DNA of 52,850 nucleotides from a virus (taxonomy: Duplodnaviria; Caudoviricetes): positions 1 through 52,850 of IMG/VR virus record IMGVR_UViG_3300048930_000349. The stretch is one strand, 5' to 3'. Of the stretch, positions 26,488 to 35,366 are shown in pieces. The position numbers were made by a program, and so were the translations under genes. Within the stretch, counting starts at the first letter, position 1. Each line of letters starts with the position of its first letter. The notes below the pieces were generated by a model, which worked only from the letters and a program-made list of their open reading frames with translations, searched no databases and was not told the origin of the DNA.

Positions 26488-27086
26488 CGCAGGCTCCTCT
26501 CCTCATTCTCGCATTTCATCTCGGCCCGCCGGAACAGGGCGCCTTGCTGGATGGCGAAGGCGGGATCTATGGCGCCGCACGCATAGGCGAGGATGCCCAA
26601 TGCGTCGGCGGCATCATTGCCCTCAACGAGCCACCCGCGAATGTGGCATTCCGCCACACACCTCTCCTTGAGCCATGTCCTGCGTTGTGCCTGCACCAGG
26701 CCCTTGGGCGGATCGGCGGCGCCGAGGAAGGCCTTGCGCCATTGCCCGGGGGTGACCACGCTAAACTCCACCGGCTGGCCCTTCTGGGTTGTGCAGAGGT
26801 GGGCCACCGCCGAGGCCATGCCGAGCTGGCCATATTGGGCGATGCGGTTGGTGAGGCCCTCATTGTGCAGCGGAATGAACGTGTTTTCGAGGATGAGGGT
26901 GGTGGCCTGGGTCTCCACCACCTTTTCCCCGAGCCAGCTAAACCATTTCCACAGGCACTCCCCCTCGCGGTCATGCCAGGAAGGGAGGGTAAACCTCCCC
27001 CAGGTGGGGGTGCGCTGGCCCTTCTTGAGGTGCGCCCAGCCGGTCGAGGTCATGGACTGGTCGATGGCGAGGACGCTCCAGCTCAT
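26484..27086 (-). CDS. RuvC-like Holliday junction resolvase
   Basis: VLAIDQSMTSTGWA, LILE, VTPGQWRK, NDAADALGI. Confidence 0.8.
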   Translation of the reverse strand: MSWSVLAIDQSMTSTGWAHLKKGQRTPTWGRFTLPSWHDREGECLWKWFSWLGEKVVETQATTLILENTFIPLHNEGLTNRIAQYGQLGMASAVAHLCTTQKGQPVEFSVVTPGQWRKAFLGAADPPKGLVQAQRRTWLKERCVAECHIRGWLVEGNDAADALGILAYACGAIDPAFAIQQGALFRRAEMKCENEERSLR

Positions 27087-27637
27087 TGCACGGTCTCGCC
27101 CTGGGGCGCCGGTTGCTTCGCCAGGAAGCGCTCATGCAGCACACTTTGGCCCCTGTTCCAGCCGCGGAGCCGGGCCTGGCCGATCTCCGAGGTGGTGTCG
27201 TAGCGCTCGGGCTCGATCGCCGGGCCGCCGTTGGCCTCGATGCCTGCCCGATAGCCATCATCTTCCGCAGCCTGTTCGGCGTCCACCTTCGGGGCAACGT
27301 CCCGGAAAAGATCCGGTTGCGTCCCGGGGGCGAGCCCGACCCATTGGGCATACTGCACCAGGCGGGAGATGTCGGCCTGCACCGTCTCCGGTTCCAGCTC
27401 CCGCATCTTGATGATCGTGTCGAGATCCCGGAGGTTGAGGCCCGCGTCCATGGCGGCGCGGCGGATCTCTTTCAGCTCCTTGCGGTGCGCCTGGATGGTG
27501 GCGTTCTTTCGAACGATGGCACCGAGGTGATAGTGGAAGGCTTCCGCGTCCGGCTGATTCGATACGGGCGCGGCCTTGACCGGGGCGGTTTTGTCCTTGA
27601 GAACGCGCGGTTTCTTTGGCTCCAGGCTCTTGACCAT
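27083..27637 (-). CDS. GapR/DUF2312-like DNA-binding protein with C-terminal Rmf-like motif
   Basis: KELKEIRRAAMDAGLNLRDLDTIIKMRELEPE...YAQWVGL; AEDDGYRAG...RLRGWNRG; AGGAG RBS. Confidence 0.55.
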   Translation of the reverse strand: MVKSLEPKKPRVLKDKTAPVKAAPVSNQPDAEAFHYHLGAIVRKNATIQAHRKELKEIRRAAMDAGLNLRDLDTIIKMRELEPETVQADISRLVQYAQWVGLAPGTQPDLFRDVAPKVDAEQAAEDDGYRAGIEANGGPAIEPERYDTTSEIGQARLRGWNRGQSVLHERFLAKQPAPQGETVQ

Positions 27638-27679
27638 GGGCTTTCTCCTGTGAGGTTGAAGGCCTTCACAATCCCACGG

Positions 27680-27752
27680 TGCGACAAATTGCGCAATCAG
27701 TTTATGTTGCCCGCGTTGCAAGTTTCTGTTCATTATGGCTGCGACAAATTGC
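27680..27752. promoter_or_regulatory. Divergent control region with 13-bp direct repeats
   Basis: TGCGACAAATTGC at 27680-27692 and 27740-27752 between divergent operons. Confidence 0.6.
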
Positions 27753-27766
27753 ACAGGAGAAACCCC

Positions 27767-27967
27767 ATGACGGAAGATGAAGCCAAGCGGAAGTGGTGCC
27801 CGTTTGCGCGCTCCAATGACGGGGAAGGCAACGCCTACAACCGCACCTATGAAGGCGAACCCGATCGGGGGACCATGTGCATCGCCTCACGGTGTATGTC
27901 CTGGGATGTGACCTGGAGCCGCGGCGATCGAGTTGACGGTGACTGTAGACTGATGAGGAAAAACTGA
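27767..27967 (+). CDS. Small Cys-rich phage protein
   Basis: MTEDEAKRKWCPFAR...CIASRCMSW...C; AGGAG RBS. Confidence 0.7.
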   Translation: MTEDEAKRKWCPFARSNDGEGNAYNRTYEGEPDRGTMCIASRCMSWDVTWSRGDRVDGDCRLMRKN

Positions 27968-27968
27968 C

Positions 27969-28970
27969 ATGGACAACATTCCCGACCGCCTCCCTCTGGC
28001 GACGAACATCACACCCGGCATCTATTTCGGGTTGGACGAGGACACCTATCACGCGGCGCCGTGGATCGGGTCGAGCAGCATGAAGAATCTCTATGCCTGC
28101 CCGCCGGATTACTGGTTCGAATCGCACATGAACCCGCTCCGCCCAGCGGATGAGCCGACGATGGCCCAGACCTTCGGCCGCGCGCTGCATCACCGGATCC
28201 TGTACGGGGTCGAGGCTTTTGCGCGGGACTATACATTCATCGGCGGGACCACCGGCGATTCGGTCTCGGCCGAGGATCTCAAGACATGGATCAAGGAGCA
28301 GGGGTCGGTCCCCCAGAAGCTCAAGGCGGACAACGAGCGCATGGTCCGGGAGATGGGGGTCAACCTCCTCACCGAGACCACCTATGAGCGCATCATGGTG
28401 GCGGCCGCGCACATCACCAAGAACCCGAATCTGGCGAACGCCTTCACCGGCGGTTTCCCGGAGGTGTCGGTGTTCTGGTACGAGGACGGCGTGCCGTGCA
28501 AGGCGCGGTGGGATTACTGGAAAAGCCGGGCCATCGTGGATCTCAAGTCGTTCCGCTCGAAGGACCGGATCCGCTCACTGGACGAGACCGTGCTGCAAGA
28601 CCTGTTCAACTATCGCTATGACATCCAGGTCGCCCACTATCTCAATGGGCACGTTGCCGCGGCCAAGCTGCTCGAGGAGGGCGCGGTCCATGTCGCCCCC
28701 GGCTGGTCGGCGCCGACAAAAGAGTGGATGCTCAACGCATTGGTAAACCCGGCGCATTGGGCGTTCGTGTTCTTCCGGGCCGATGGGATGCCGGTGGCCA
28801 AGTCCTACCAGATCCCCAATGGAAGCCCGGCCCATGCCTCCGGGCGCTATGCCGTGAACACGGCGCTGGCGGCCTACAAGGACCACCTCGAGCGCTTCGG
28901 CACGGACGCATGGGTGAACACGGACGAGCCGTTCACCATTGCCGACGAAGACATGCCAAAATGGCTCTAA
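27969..28970 (+). CDS. RecE/exonuclease VIII-like PD-(D/E)xK nuclease
   Basis: PGIYFGLDEDTYH, IGSSSMK, FGRALH, CKARWD...IVDLKS, YDIQVAHY. Confidence 0.85.
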   Translation: MDNIPDRLPLATNITPGIYFGLDEDTYHAAPWIGSSSMKNLYACPPDYWFESHMNPLRPADEPTMAQTFGRALHHRILYGVEAFARDYTFIGGTTGDSVSAEDLKTWIKEQGSVPQKLKADNERMVREMGVNLLTETTYERIMVAAAHITKNPNLANAFTGGFPEVSVFWYEDGVPCKARWDYWKSRAIVDLKSFRSKDRIRSLDETVLQDLFNYRYDIQVAHYLNGHVAAAKLLEEGAVHVAPGWSAPTKEWMLNALVNPAHWAFVFFRADGMPVAKSYQIPNGSPAHASGRYAVNTALAAYKDHLERFGTDAWVNTDEPFTIADEDMPKWL

Positions 28971-29031
28971 TTGCCGCATTCCTCTAGCATTTGCAGGAGG
29001 TTAGTATTGTCGACCAACCAGGAGAAAACCG

Positions 29032-30003
29032 ATGCCGAACGATTCAAAGATGCTGCCCGCACAGGTGGGCGCCAAGGTGGGCCACGATCTGAGCCTGACC
29101 GATGGCGGGGTCATCATGCCCGAGCGGCTGGGCGACATGATCGAATTCGCACAGGTGATGTGCAAGGCCGATGTCGCCATCCCCAAGCACCTCCGGGGCA
29201 ACCCCGGTGCCTGCCTCGCCGTGGCCATGCGGGCCCGCGCCTGGCGGATGGACCCCTTCGCGGTGGCCACCAAGACCTACGCGGTCAACGACATCCTCGC
29301 CTATGAGAGCCAGCTTGTGACATCGGTGATCAACCGGCACGCCCCGATCAAGGGCAGGCTGGTGCCGCGCTATGTGGGCGCCGGGCCCGATCGCCAGTGC
29401 ATCCTCGAGCCGGAGACCCATGACGGCCAACTCCTCCCCTATGAGTCCCCGAAGGTGAAGGACATCGGGGTGAAGAATAGCCCGCTCTGGAAGAACGACC
29501 CGGACCAGCAGCTATTTTATTCCAGCGCGCGAGCATGGGCGCGGCGCTATTTCCCGGAGCTGCTGCTCGGCGTCTATGATCCCGAGGAGGCCCGCACCAT
29601 GCGCGATGTCACGCCGCGCGAGGAGCAGCGGGTGGACAATTTCCTCGAGGATGACACGCCCTCAAATGTGGCGGAGGAAATTAACATGGACCCCGGGGCG
29701 GTCAATGTTATCACGCCAGAGCAGATTGCCGTTAACCTCCGCAACTCGTTAAACCCGGGCTCCGCGAAGCTGTCAGACTATGACCCTGAAACCGGCGAGA
29801 TCGAGGAGGGCAAGGCCGAGCCGGTGCCGGTCGAGGTCCAGGTGGCCAACATGATCAAGGCGGCCAAGAGCTGGTCCTCGGCCACCCTCCTCGAGCAATG
29901 GCTGGAGGATAGCCGGTCGGATCTCGCGGCCCTGCCCGAGGCGGCGCGGGCCGAAATCCAGAACGCCATCAACGCCCACCGCAACGATCTCGAGGGGCTG
30001 TGA
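29032..30003 (+). CDS. recT: RecT-family single-strand annealing protein
   Basis: IPKHLRGNPGACLAV, MDPFAVATKTY, SPLWKNDPDQQL, RAWARRYFPELLLGVY; follows the RecE-like gene. Confidence 0.85.
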   Translation: MPNDSKMLPAQVGAKVGHDLSLTDGGVIMPERLGDMIEFAQVMCKADVAIPKHLRGNPGACLAVAMRARAWRMDPFAVATKTYAVNDILAYESQLVTSVINRHAPIKGRLVPRYVGAGPDRQCILEPETHDGQLLPYESPKVKDIGVKNSPLWKNDPDQQLFYSSARAWARRYFPELLLGVYDPEEARTMRDVTPREEQRVDNFLEDDTPSNVAEEINMDPGAVNVITPEQIAVNLRNSLNPGSAKLSDYDPETGEIEEGKAEPVPVEVQVANMIKAAKSWSSATLLEQWLEDSRSDLAALPEAARAEIQNAINAHRNDLEGL

Positions 30004-30419
30004 AACATCCCAAGCCAGCGAAGCGGCGGAAGATCCGGGCCGGATCCTCCCCCACCTATCTGGACCTGATCCGGCAGCTCCCCTGCATCCTGTCGGGCCG
30101 TCCGGCGGAGGCGGCCCACATCCGCTATGCCGATGCCAAGCACGGCAAGCCGGAGACCGGGGCGGCGCGGAAGCCCGATGACAAATGGTGCCTGCCTCTG
30201 GCGCCGGAGCTGCACCGGCTGAACACCGGGTGCCAGCACGATGCCGGTGACGAGCGCGCATGGTGGGCGCAATGGGGGATAGATCCCCTCGAGATTTGCG
30301 CCAGATTGTGGGGAAAATCCCGGATTCAAATGGAGCGGGTGATCATCATGGCCACACCCTGGGATCCGCAGATTCGGGCCAGAGTGCTGGGAATTCTGAA
30401 AAACGAACGGAGGAAATGA
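30000..30419 (+). CDS. DUF968-like (HNH-like) protein
   Basis: YLDLIRQLPCILSG...AAHIR...KPDDKWCLPL...H...QH. Confidence 0.7.
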   Translation: MKHPKPAKRRKIRAGSSPTYLDLIRQLPCILSGRPAEAAHIRYADAKHGKPETGAARKPDDKWCLPLAPELHRLNTGCQHDAGDERAWWAQWGIDPLEICARLWGKSRIQMERVIIMATPWDPQIRARVLGILKNERRK

Positions 30420-30420
30420 C

Positions 30421-31707
30421 ATGCACATCGTTGAACTGAGGGCGGAGAACATCAAGCGGTTGTCCGCCGTCACCATCCGGCCCGAGGGGTCGGTGGTCGA
30501 GATCACCGGCCGCAACGAGCAGGGCAAGAGTTCCGTGCTCGATGCCATCTGGATGGCGCTGGGCGGTGCCGAGGTCATCCCGGTCGAGCCGATCCGCACA
30601 GGCCAGGACGAGGCCATGGTAAGCCTGGACCTCGGGGATTTCATCGTCACCCGGAGGTTCCGCCGCGTCGAGGGCAACAAGTTTTCGACATTGCTCCAGG
30701 TCCAGACCCCCGACGGTATGCGGCCCAAGAGCCCGCAGACCCTTCTCAATGAACTGGTGGGGCGGTTTACCCTGGATCCGCTGGCCTTCTCGCGCATGAA
30801 GCCCGGCGAGCAGTTCGATGCCATGAAGGCGTTGGTGCCTAACTTCGATTTCGATGCCTCGATCGCCGCGGACAAGGCGGACTATGAGCGCCGCACCGGC
30901 CTGAACCGCCGGGCCAAGGAGACCCGGGTCGCGGCCGAGGCGATCGCCGTGCCGCTGGAGCCAGTCCATCGGGTGGACGAGGCCCCGATTCTCGCGGATC
31001 TGGCGCGGGCCAGCGACCACAACACCGCCATCGTGGAGCGCAAGGGGCGGCGGGCGCAGGCACAGAAGCTGCTGGAGAACTACCGCTTTGAGATTGCCGA
31101 GACCGAGGCCGAGATTCTGGAGTTGGAGAAAACGATCGGTCGGCTCCGCGACCGGATCGAGATTACCGAATCCAAGGCCAAGGAGATCGAGGAGAAGATC
31201 GCCGCCGCCCCGCCCCTGCCGGAGCCGCTGGACACCGCCGCACTGGCCGCGGACCTTGAGCTGGCCAAGCGCGCGAACGCCCTCCACGCCGCGCAGGAGC
31301 AGAGCCGGGCCCTGTTGAAGCAGGCCCAGGACTTCCACACCCAGGCCGAGGCCCTGACACAGGCGATGGAGGATAGGGCCAGGACACGCTCAGAGGCCAT
31401 TGCAGCGGCCAAGCTACCGGTGGAGGGTCTCACCCTCGGGGAGGGCGAGGTGCTGGTGGACGGCCTCCCCTTCGCGCAGGCGGCGGCTTCCAAGAAGATC
31501 AGGATATCGGTCGCCCTTGCCATGGCGCTGAACCCCCGGATCCGGGTGCTCCGCATCATGGACGGGAGCCTCTTGGATTCGGACGCCATGAAGGTGGTGG
31601 CCGACATGGCCAAGGAGCATGACTTCCAAGTTTGGATCGAGCGGGTGGATGATCGCTCTCCCTCGGCTATCGTGATTGAAGACGGGCATGTGAAGGGGCC
31701 AGCCTGA
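30421..31707 (+). CDS. Rad50/SbcC-like coiled-coil ATPase
   Basis: ENIKRL, Walker A GRNEQGKSS, long coiled coil, IMDGSLLD. Confidence 0.85.
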   Translation: MHIVELRAENIKRLSAVTIRPEGSVVEITGRNEQGKSSVLDAIWMALGGAEVIPVEPIRTGQDEAMVSLDLGDFIVTRRFRRVEGNKFSTLLQVQTPDGMRPKSPQTLLNELVGRFTLDPLAFSRMKPGEQFDAMKALVPNFDFDASIAADKADYERRTGLNRRAKETRVAAEAIAVPLEPVHRVDEAPILADLARASDHNTAIVERKGRRAQAQKLLENYRFEIAETEAEILELEKTIGRLRDRIEITESKAKEIEEKIAAAPPLPEPLDTAALAADLELAKRANALHAAQEQSRALLKQAQDFHTQAEALTQAMEDRARTRSEAIAAAKLPVEGLTLGEGEVLVDGLPFAQAAASKKIRISVALAMALNPRIRVLRIMDGSLLDSDAMKVVADMAKEHDFQVWIERVDDRSPSAIVIEDGHVKGPA

Positions 31708-31856
31708 TGGATATCGTCGAGAGAACGTGCTGGTTCTATTTTTTGCTCGGCGCCTCCTTGCTGCTGGCGGGCTACCTCATAGGAGAGCCAATCATCGGCG
31801 CTGCCGGAGGGGGTTTCATGGTTGGCGGCGGCGTGCATTTGATCAATTGGAAATAG
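31707..31856 (+). CDS. Small membrane protein (49 aa)
   Basis: TGATG coupling; two hydrophobic segments. Confidence 0.45.
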   Translation: MDIVERTCWFYFLLGASLLLAGYLIGEPIIGAAGGGFMVGGGVHLINWK

Positions 31857-31866
31857 GAGAGAGACC

Positions 31867-32187
31867 GTGCAGAACGCATATCTTGAAATGATGGAGGCCA
31901 CCCAGCGGGCGATCTCCCGGGCCAGTGACATCTCGGCCGTGGCCGAAAAGGTGATCGACATGCTCGGTCTCCACAAGAAGGATGTCGAGGCCATGCGGGT
32001 GAAGCTCGCTGCCCGCTTTACCGAGATCCGAACCATCCTCGATGAGGATGAGAAGTTATTTGTCGCGCATCTCGACCAACTCGGCAAGGAGCTGGACGAG
32101 GCCATCGCGGCGCTGCAAGGCAAGGTGGCCCCAACCGAGGCGGCGCAACTGGCCGAGGCCATCACAGGGGGCGGCGATGGGGCTTAG
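31867..32187 (+). CDS. Hypothetical helical protein
   Basis: AGGAG RBS, GTG start. Confidence 0.6.
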   Translation: MQNAYLEMMEATQRAISRASDISAVAEKVIDMLGLHKKDVEAMRVKLAARFTEIRTILDEDEKLFVAHLDQLGKELDEAIAALQGKVAPTEAAQLAEAITGGGDGA

Positions 32188-32512
32188 GGCGGCGCAGACG
32201 GTGAGGCAACTCAGGGAGCAGCTTGACCAAGCACTCGAGGGGCGGAAGGCGTCTTTGGCTCAGGCTCAAGACTATCTCGACAGGTTGGAGAGCGCAGGGC
32301 GCAGGATAACCATCCTGGACACCGCCGTGACCGAGCTTCGCAAGTCCCTCGAGGACATGCGGCGCCAGCGTGACATGGCTCAAGCCCGAGAGGAGAACGA
32401 GCGCGAAAAGCGCATCGTCGCCCAGAAGAACCTCTATCGCGTCATGGGCTGGGTCGATGCTAGACTGGACAAGCCTCCGCTGCTGGAGGATTTCGGGGAG
32501 GTGCCGTTTTGA
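32177..32512 (+). CDS. Coiled-coil hypothetical protein with acidic EVPF tail
   Basis: Heptad pattern; C-terminus EDFGEVPF resembles an SSB tail. Confidence 0.6.
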   Translation: MGLRAAQTVRQLREQLDQALEGRKASLAQAQDYLDRLESAGRRITILDTAVTELRKSLEDMRRQRDMAQAREENEREKRIVAQKNLYRVMGWVDARLDKPPLLEDFGEVPF

Positions 32513-32925
32513 CCCAGCTCGATTTCTCAATCGACCAGACCAGCGAGCGCATGAAGATCGAGATCACGCCGGAGGGTGACAAGCCCGCTGCCGAGATCGT
32601 CCTCTCGACCTATGAGCTGGACACGGTAATTCTCAACCTGGCCAAGGCCCGAGCGAAGATGAAGCCGGAGATCCCGCGCACGCTGGACCCGCGGCCGGTC
32701 TTCAAGAATGTGGTCTCGGGCGCGATGTTCCACATTTCGCCCGGCGCCTCCGGGCCACAGGCCAAGGTCGATGTGGTGATTGCCGTGGCGCACCCGGGCA
32801 TGGGGTGGATCGCCTTCCCCATGCCGGTGGCCGATGCCTTGAAGCTGAGTGAGGCCATTGGCCTGATGGCGCTCAAGGTCAGCCAGCGGGCGCCGCTGGT
32901 CGGCCCGGACGGCAAGCCGCTGTAG
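32509..32925 (+). CDS. Hypothetical protein
   Basis: GGAGGTG RBS, TTGA coupling; HPGMGWIAF. Confidence 0.6.
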   Translation: MTQLDFSIDQTSERMKIEITPEGDKPAAEIVLSTYELDTVILNLAKARAKMKPEIPRTLDPRPVFKNVVSGAMFHISPGASGPQAKVDVVIAVAHPGMGWIAFPMPVADALKLSEAIGLMALKVSQRAPLVGPDGKPL

Positions 32926-33046
32926 AGATCCGCCCTGCCGGGCGGTAGGGTCAGCGCGTCATCGGACGGAGGGCTTTCGGCCGCTTTGGCCCCGGAGACC
33001 GAGAGTAGCGCAGGCCCGAGCGGGCGACTGGTCCCCTGGTCGCCCG

Positions 33047-33241
33047 TTACTTTTTGGGGCAGAGCTTGCGATAGGTGGTGTTGTGCTGGAGCACCTGGCG
33101 CTTGGTGCCGGGGGTGTCGGCCTTCGACGGCCGGATCACCTCGAAGGCCACGCACGCCGAATCGCGCGCCTCGGGCGCCTGCCGCATGGCGCAGCCGCTA
33201 ATCGCGGAAGTCACCAGCAAGAGCGTCATCAACTTGAGCAT
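33047..33241 (-). CDS. o-spanin (Rz1-like lipoprotein)
   Basis: Lipobox ISGC after a hydrophobic signal; overlaps the i-spanin end. Confidence 0.8.
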   Translation of the reverse strand: MLKLMTLLLVTSAISGCAMRQAPEARDSACVAFEVIRPSKADTPGTKRQVLQHNTTYRKLCPKK

Positions 33242-33422
33242 CGGTGAGCTTCTCAATTTCAGCCTTTGTTTCGATGGCGATCTGGGCAGAAGCGGCGATG
33301 GCGGCGAGGGATTTGGCCACCTCCCGCCGCTCGCCCTCTTGGATGGCTGCGCGGCGCTCGAGATAGTCCATGATCGAACGGACAATCTGGAGGAGCGCCA
33401 GCGCGGCCTTGATCCAGGTCAA
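33198..33422 (-). CDS. i-spanin (Rz-like)
   Basis: N-terminal hydrophobic anchor then helical domain; lysis cassette position. Confidence 0.7.
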   Translation of the reverse strand: MTWIKAALALLQIVRSIMDYLERRAAIQEGERREVAKSLAAIAASAQIAIETKAEIEKLTDAQVDDALAGDFRD

Positions 33423-33739
33423 GGTGTCTTCACCTGTTCCGGCGTGACAGTGCCCGGCCCGGAGAGCGGGCTGGTGTCGGGGACGATCACCGCCGTGCCG
33501 CCGAACAGGCTATGCAGCCAGCCGCCGGGGCGCAGGGCCTTGCCCGCCAGGGTGAGCACGCCGAAGATGCCGGCGAGGATCGGCATCCAGGACGGCGGGA
33601 GCCACGGCACGGCACAGGTGGCCGCGAAGTCCGTGGCGCCCGGCGCGCAGCCGATGCTGACCATGAAGGCCGAGAGGGCCGTCAGGATGCCGGTGATGGT
33701 GCCGAAGGAATTGGTGAGCTTGCCGAATATCTCTTTCAT
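33419..33739 (-). CDS. Putative holin
   Basis: Two TM segments; between endolysin and spanins. Confidence 0.65.
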   Translation of the reverse strand: MKEIFGKLTNSFGTITGILTALSAFMVSIGCAPGATDFAATCAVPWLPPSWMPILAGIFGVLTLAGKALRPGGWLHSLFGGTAVIVPDTSPLSGPGTVTPEQVKTP

Positions 33740-33751
33740 GGTCGTTCTCCT

Positions 33752-34189
33752 TTAGATTGGGAATCCGTTCTTGCGTGCCCACGTCTTCGCGTTGAAACAA
33801 GGGCAGGCTTTACTCACGGCCGGGAAATCCCGGTGACCCCACACCTTGGCGCGGGGATAGTCCTTCACCAGCTTGGCCACAAGCACCTTGAGGCTGGCCC
33901 ATTGTGCCGCCGTGAAATTATCCGTGGGCTTCCAGGTCTTGTCATCCAGCCCACCGGCCATGCACACGCCCACCGAATTGTGGTTGTACCCTTTGACATG
34001 GGAGCCGATGTCGCCCTGGGGGCGCCCGAGTTCCACCTTGCCATTGCGGCGGATGACGAATGCATAGCCGATGTCCTTCCACCCCTGGGCCTTGTGCCAG
34101 CGGCGGATGTCGGCGGCGCCGATGTCCTGCACGCCGCGGGTGGCGCTGCAATGGATGACGATGAAGTCCGTGGAACGGCGCTTTGCCAT
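33752..34189 (-). CDS. Endolysin, T7-like N-acetylmuramoyl-L-alanine amidase
   Basis: FIVIHCSAT, GWKDIGY, GSHVKGYN, GHRD...KACPCF. Confidence 0.95.
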   Translation of the reverse strand: MAKRRSTDFIVIHCSATRGVQDIGAADIRRWHKAQGWKDIGYAFVIRRNGKVELGRPQGDIGSHVKGYNHNSVGVCMAGGLDDKTWKPTDNFTAAQWASLKVLVAKLVKDYPRAKVWGHRDFPAVSKACPCFNAKTWARKNGFPI

Positions 34190-34198
34190 TGGTCTCTC

Positions 34199-34621
34199 CT
34201 ATGTGTTGCCGGGGGCCCAGAAGCAATAGACAGAGCCGCGTTCCGTGTCGGGTTCGCCCGATGGCATGCGGGCGTCATGGGTGCGAAGGCAGACATGATA
34301 GTTGCCGTCCCAGCTATCCTGCACCCGGTCGTAGGTGATGATGGTGTCCACCGGCTTGGCCCGGTACGGGTTGATTTCGCGGGCCTCCTCGAGGGTCATG
34401 CGGAGGCGGAGATCGTCGCCCTCGCCGGTGAGCATCCCGGGCTTGACCTTGAGCACGGCGCAATCGCTCCCGCCGCAACACCCGTTCTTGAACTTGCTGT
34501 CGATCTTCCCGGTGTAGGGGTCATGGGCATGGGCCGGGCGCACCGCCAGCATCAGGAAGATCATCAGGCAGACAATGGCCGCGGTGATCAGGCATCCAAG
34601 AATAATCTCGAAGCGGGTCAT
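34199..34621 (-). CDS. Exported Cys-rich protein
   Basis: Signal/TM ending PAHA|HDPY; CCGGSDC...YHVC...YCFWAP. Confidence 0.7.
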   Translation of the reverse strand: MTRFEIILGCLITAAIVCLMIFLMLAVRPAHAHDPYTGKIDSKFKNGCCGGSDCAVLKVKPGMLTGEGDDLRLRMTLEEAREINPYRAKPVDTIITYDRVQDSWDGNYHVCLRTHDARMPSGEPDTERGSVYCFWAPGNT

Positions 34622-35088
34622 GGCACCTCCAGATGGAACGGGACATCAGGCACGGCGGCGTCGATCTCAACTCCAGAGGGACAATAGCGCGTTATCAGGT
34701 TGCGGTAAATGTGCCGCCCGGTTCTCAAGGGAGCGAGGCCCGGGTCCGATTGCAACGGCACCACCAGCCGCACCCGGATCTCGGTGGGCCCCTCGGTGGG
34801 GCGGGTGTAGCCGCCGGAGATGACGGGGAACCTGATGGGAACAGTGCCATCGGGGGCGAAGATAAACCCCCGGATGTCGGCTGGGCATTGCCGGTGGACA
34901 TTGGCGGTGTAGGTGATCTCGAAGGAATCGCCGGGGCGCACCGTCGCGGGCGAGGCGCTGGCCCCGTACCAGGTGATGGCCGGACCCCGGCCCTCCCACC
35001 ATTTATGGATGACATCGGCGGAGTTGATCGCCACCATAAACAGCAGGATGGCAATGGCGGCGGGCATGACGTTGCTGAGAACCCTCAT
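34618..35088 (-). CDS. Membrane-anchored protein with periplasmic Cys pair
   Basis: N-terminal TM, beta-rich body; ATGA coupling. Confidence 0.6.
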   Translation of the reverse strand: MRVLSNVMPAAIAILLFMVAINSADVIHKWWEGRGPAITWYGASASPATVRPGDSFEITYTANVHRQCPADIRGFIFAPDGTVPIRFPVISGGYTRPTEGPTEIRVRLVVPLQSDPGLAPLRTGRHIYRNLITRYCPSGVEIDAAVPDVPFHLEVP

Positions 35089-35357
35089 GACTCGCCTGCC
35101 CGGTTGATCTTCACGATGCCCTCGACCACTACCCACCAGGCTGCGACGAGACCGGCGAACCACACCAGAATTTTCCCGAGGATGATGACGGCTCGCCGGG
35201 CGCCGCGGCCAATGCGGCCCATCAGCTCGAAGGTCTCCCAGAGATCGACCATCTCCTCGAGCTTCTTGGTGTTGCCCTGTTCCCATTGTTCTCGCAACCA
35301 TTTCAGGGAGGGATGGTTTTCATCGTCGGGGGCGTAGTCGCGCGGCGGGTCTGTCAT
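35085..35357 (-). CDS. Small membrane protein (holin/antiholin-like)
   Basis: Single C-terminal TM, upstream of the lysis genes. Confidence 0.55.
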   Translation of the reverse strand: MTDPPRDYAPDDENHPSLKWLREQWEQGNTKKLEEMVDLWETFELMGRIGRGARRAVIILGKILVWFAGLVAAWWVVVEGIVKINRAGES

Positions 35358-35366
35358 GCCATCCCC

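Noticed and set aside
32926-33046. tRNA or ncRNA between convergent operons
   Set aside because: Only GC hairpins consistent with termination; no cloverleaf or T-loop
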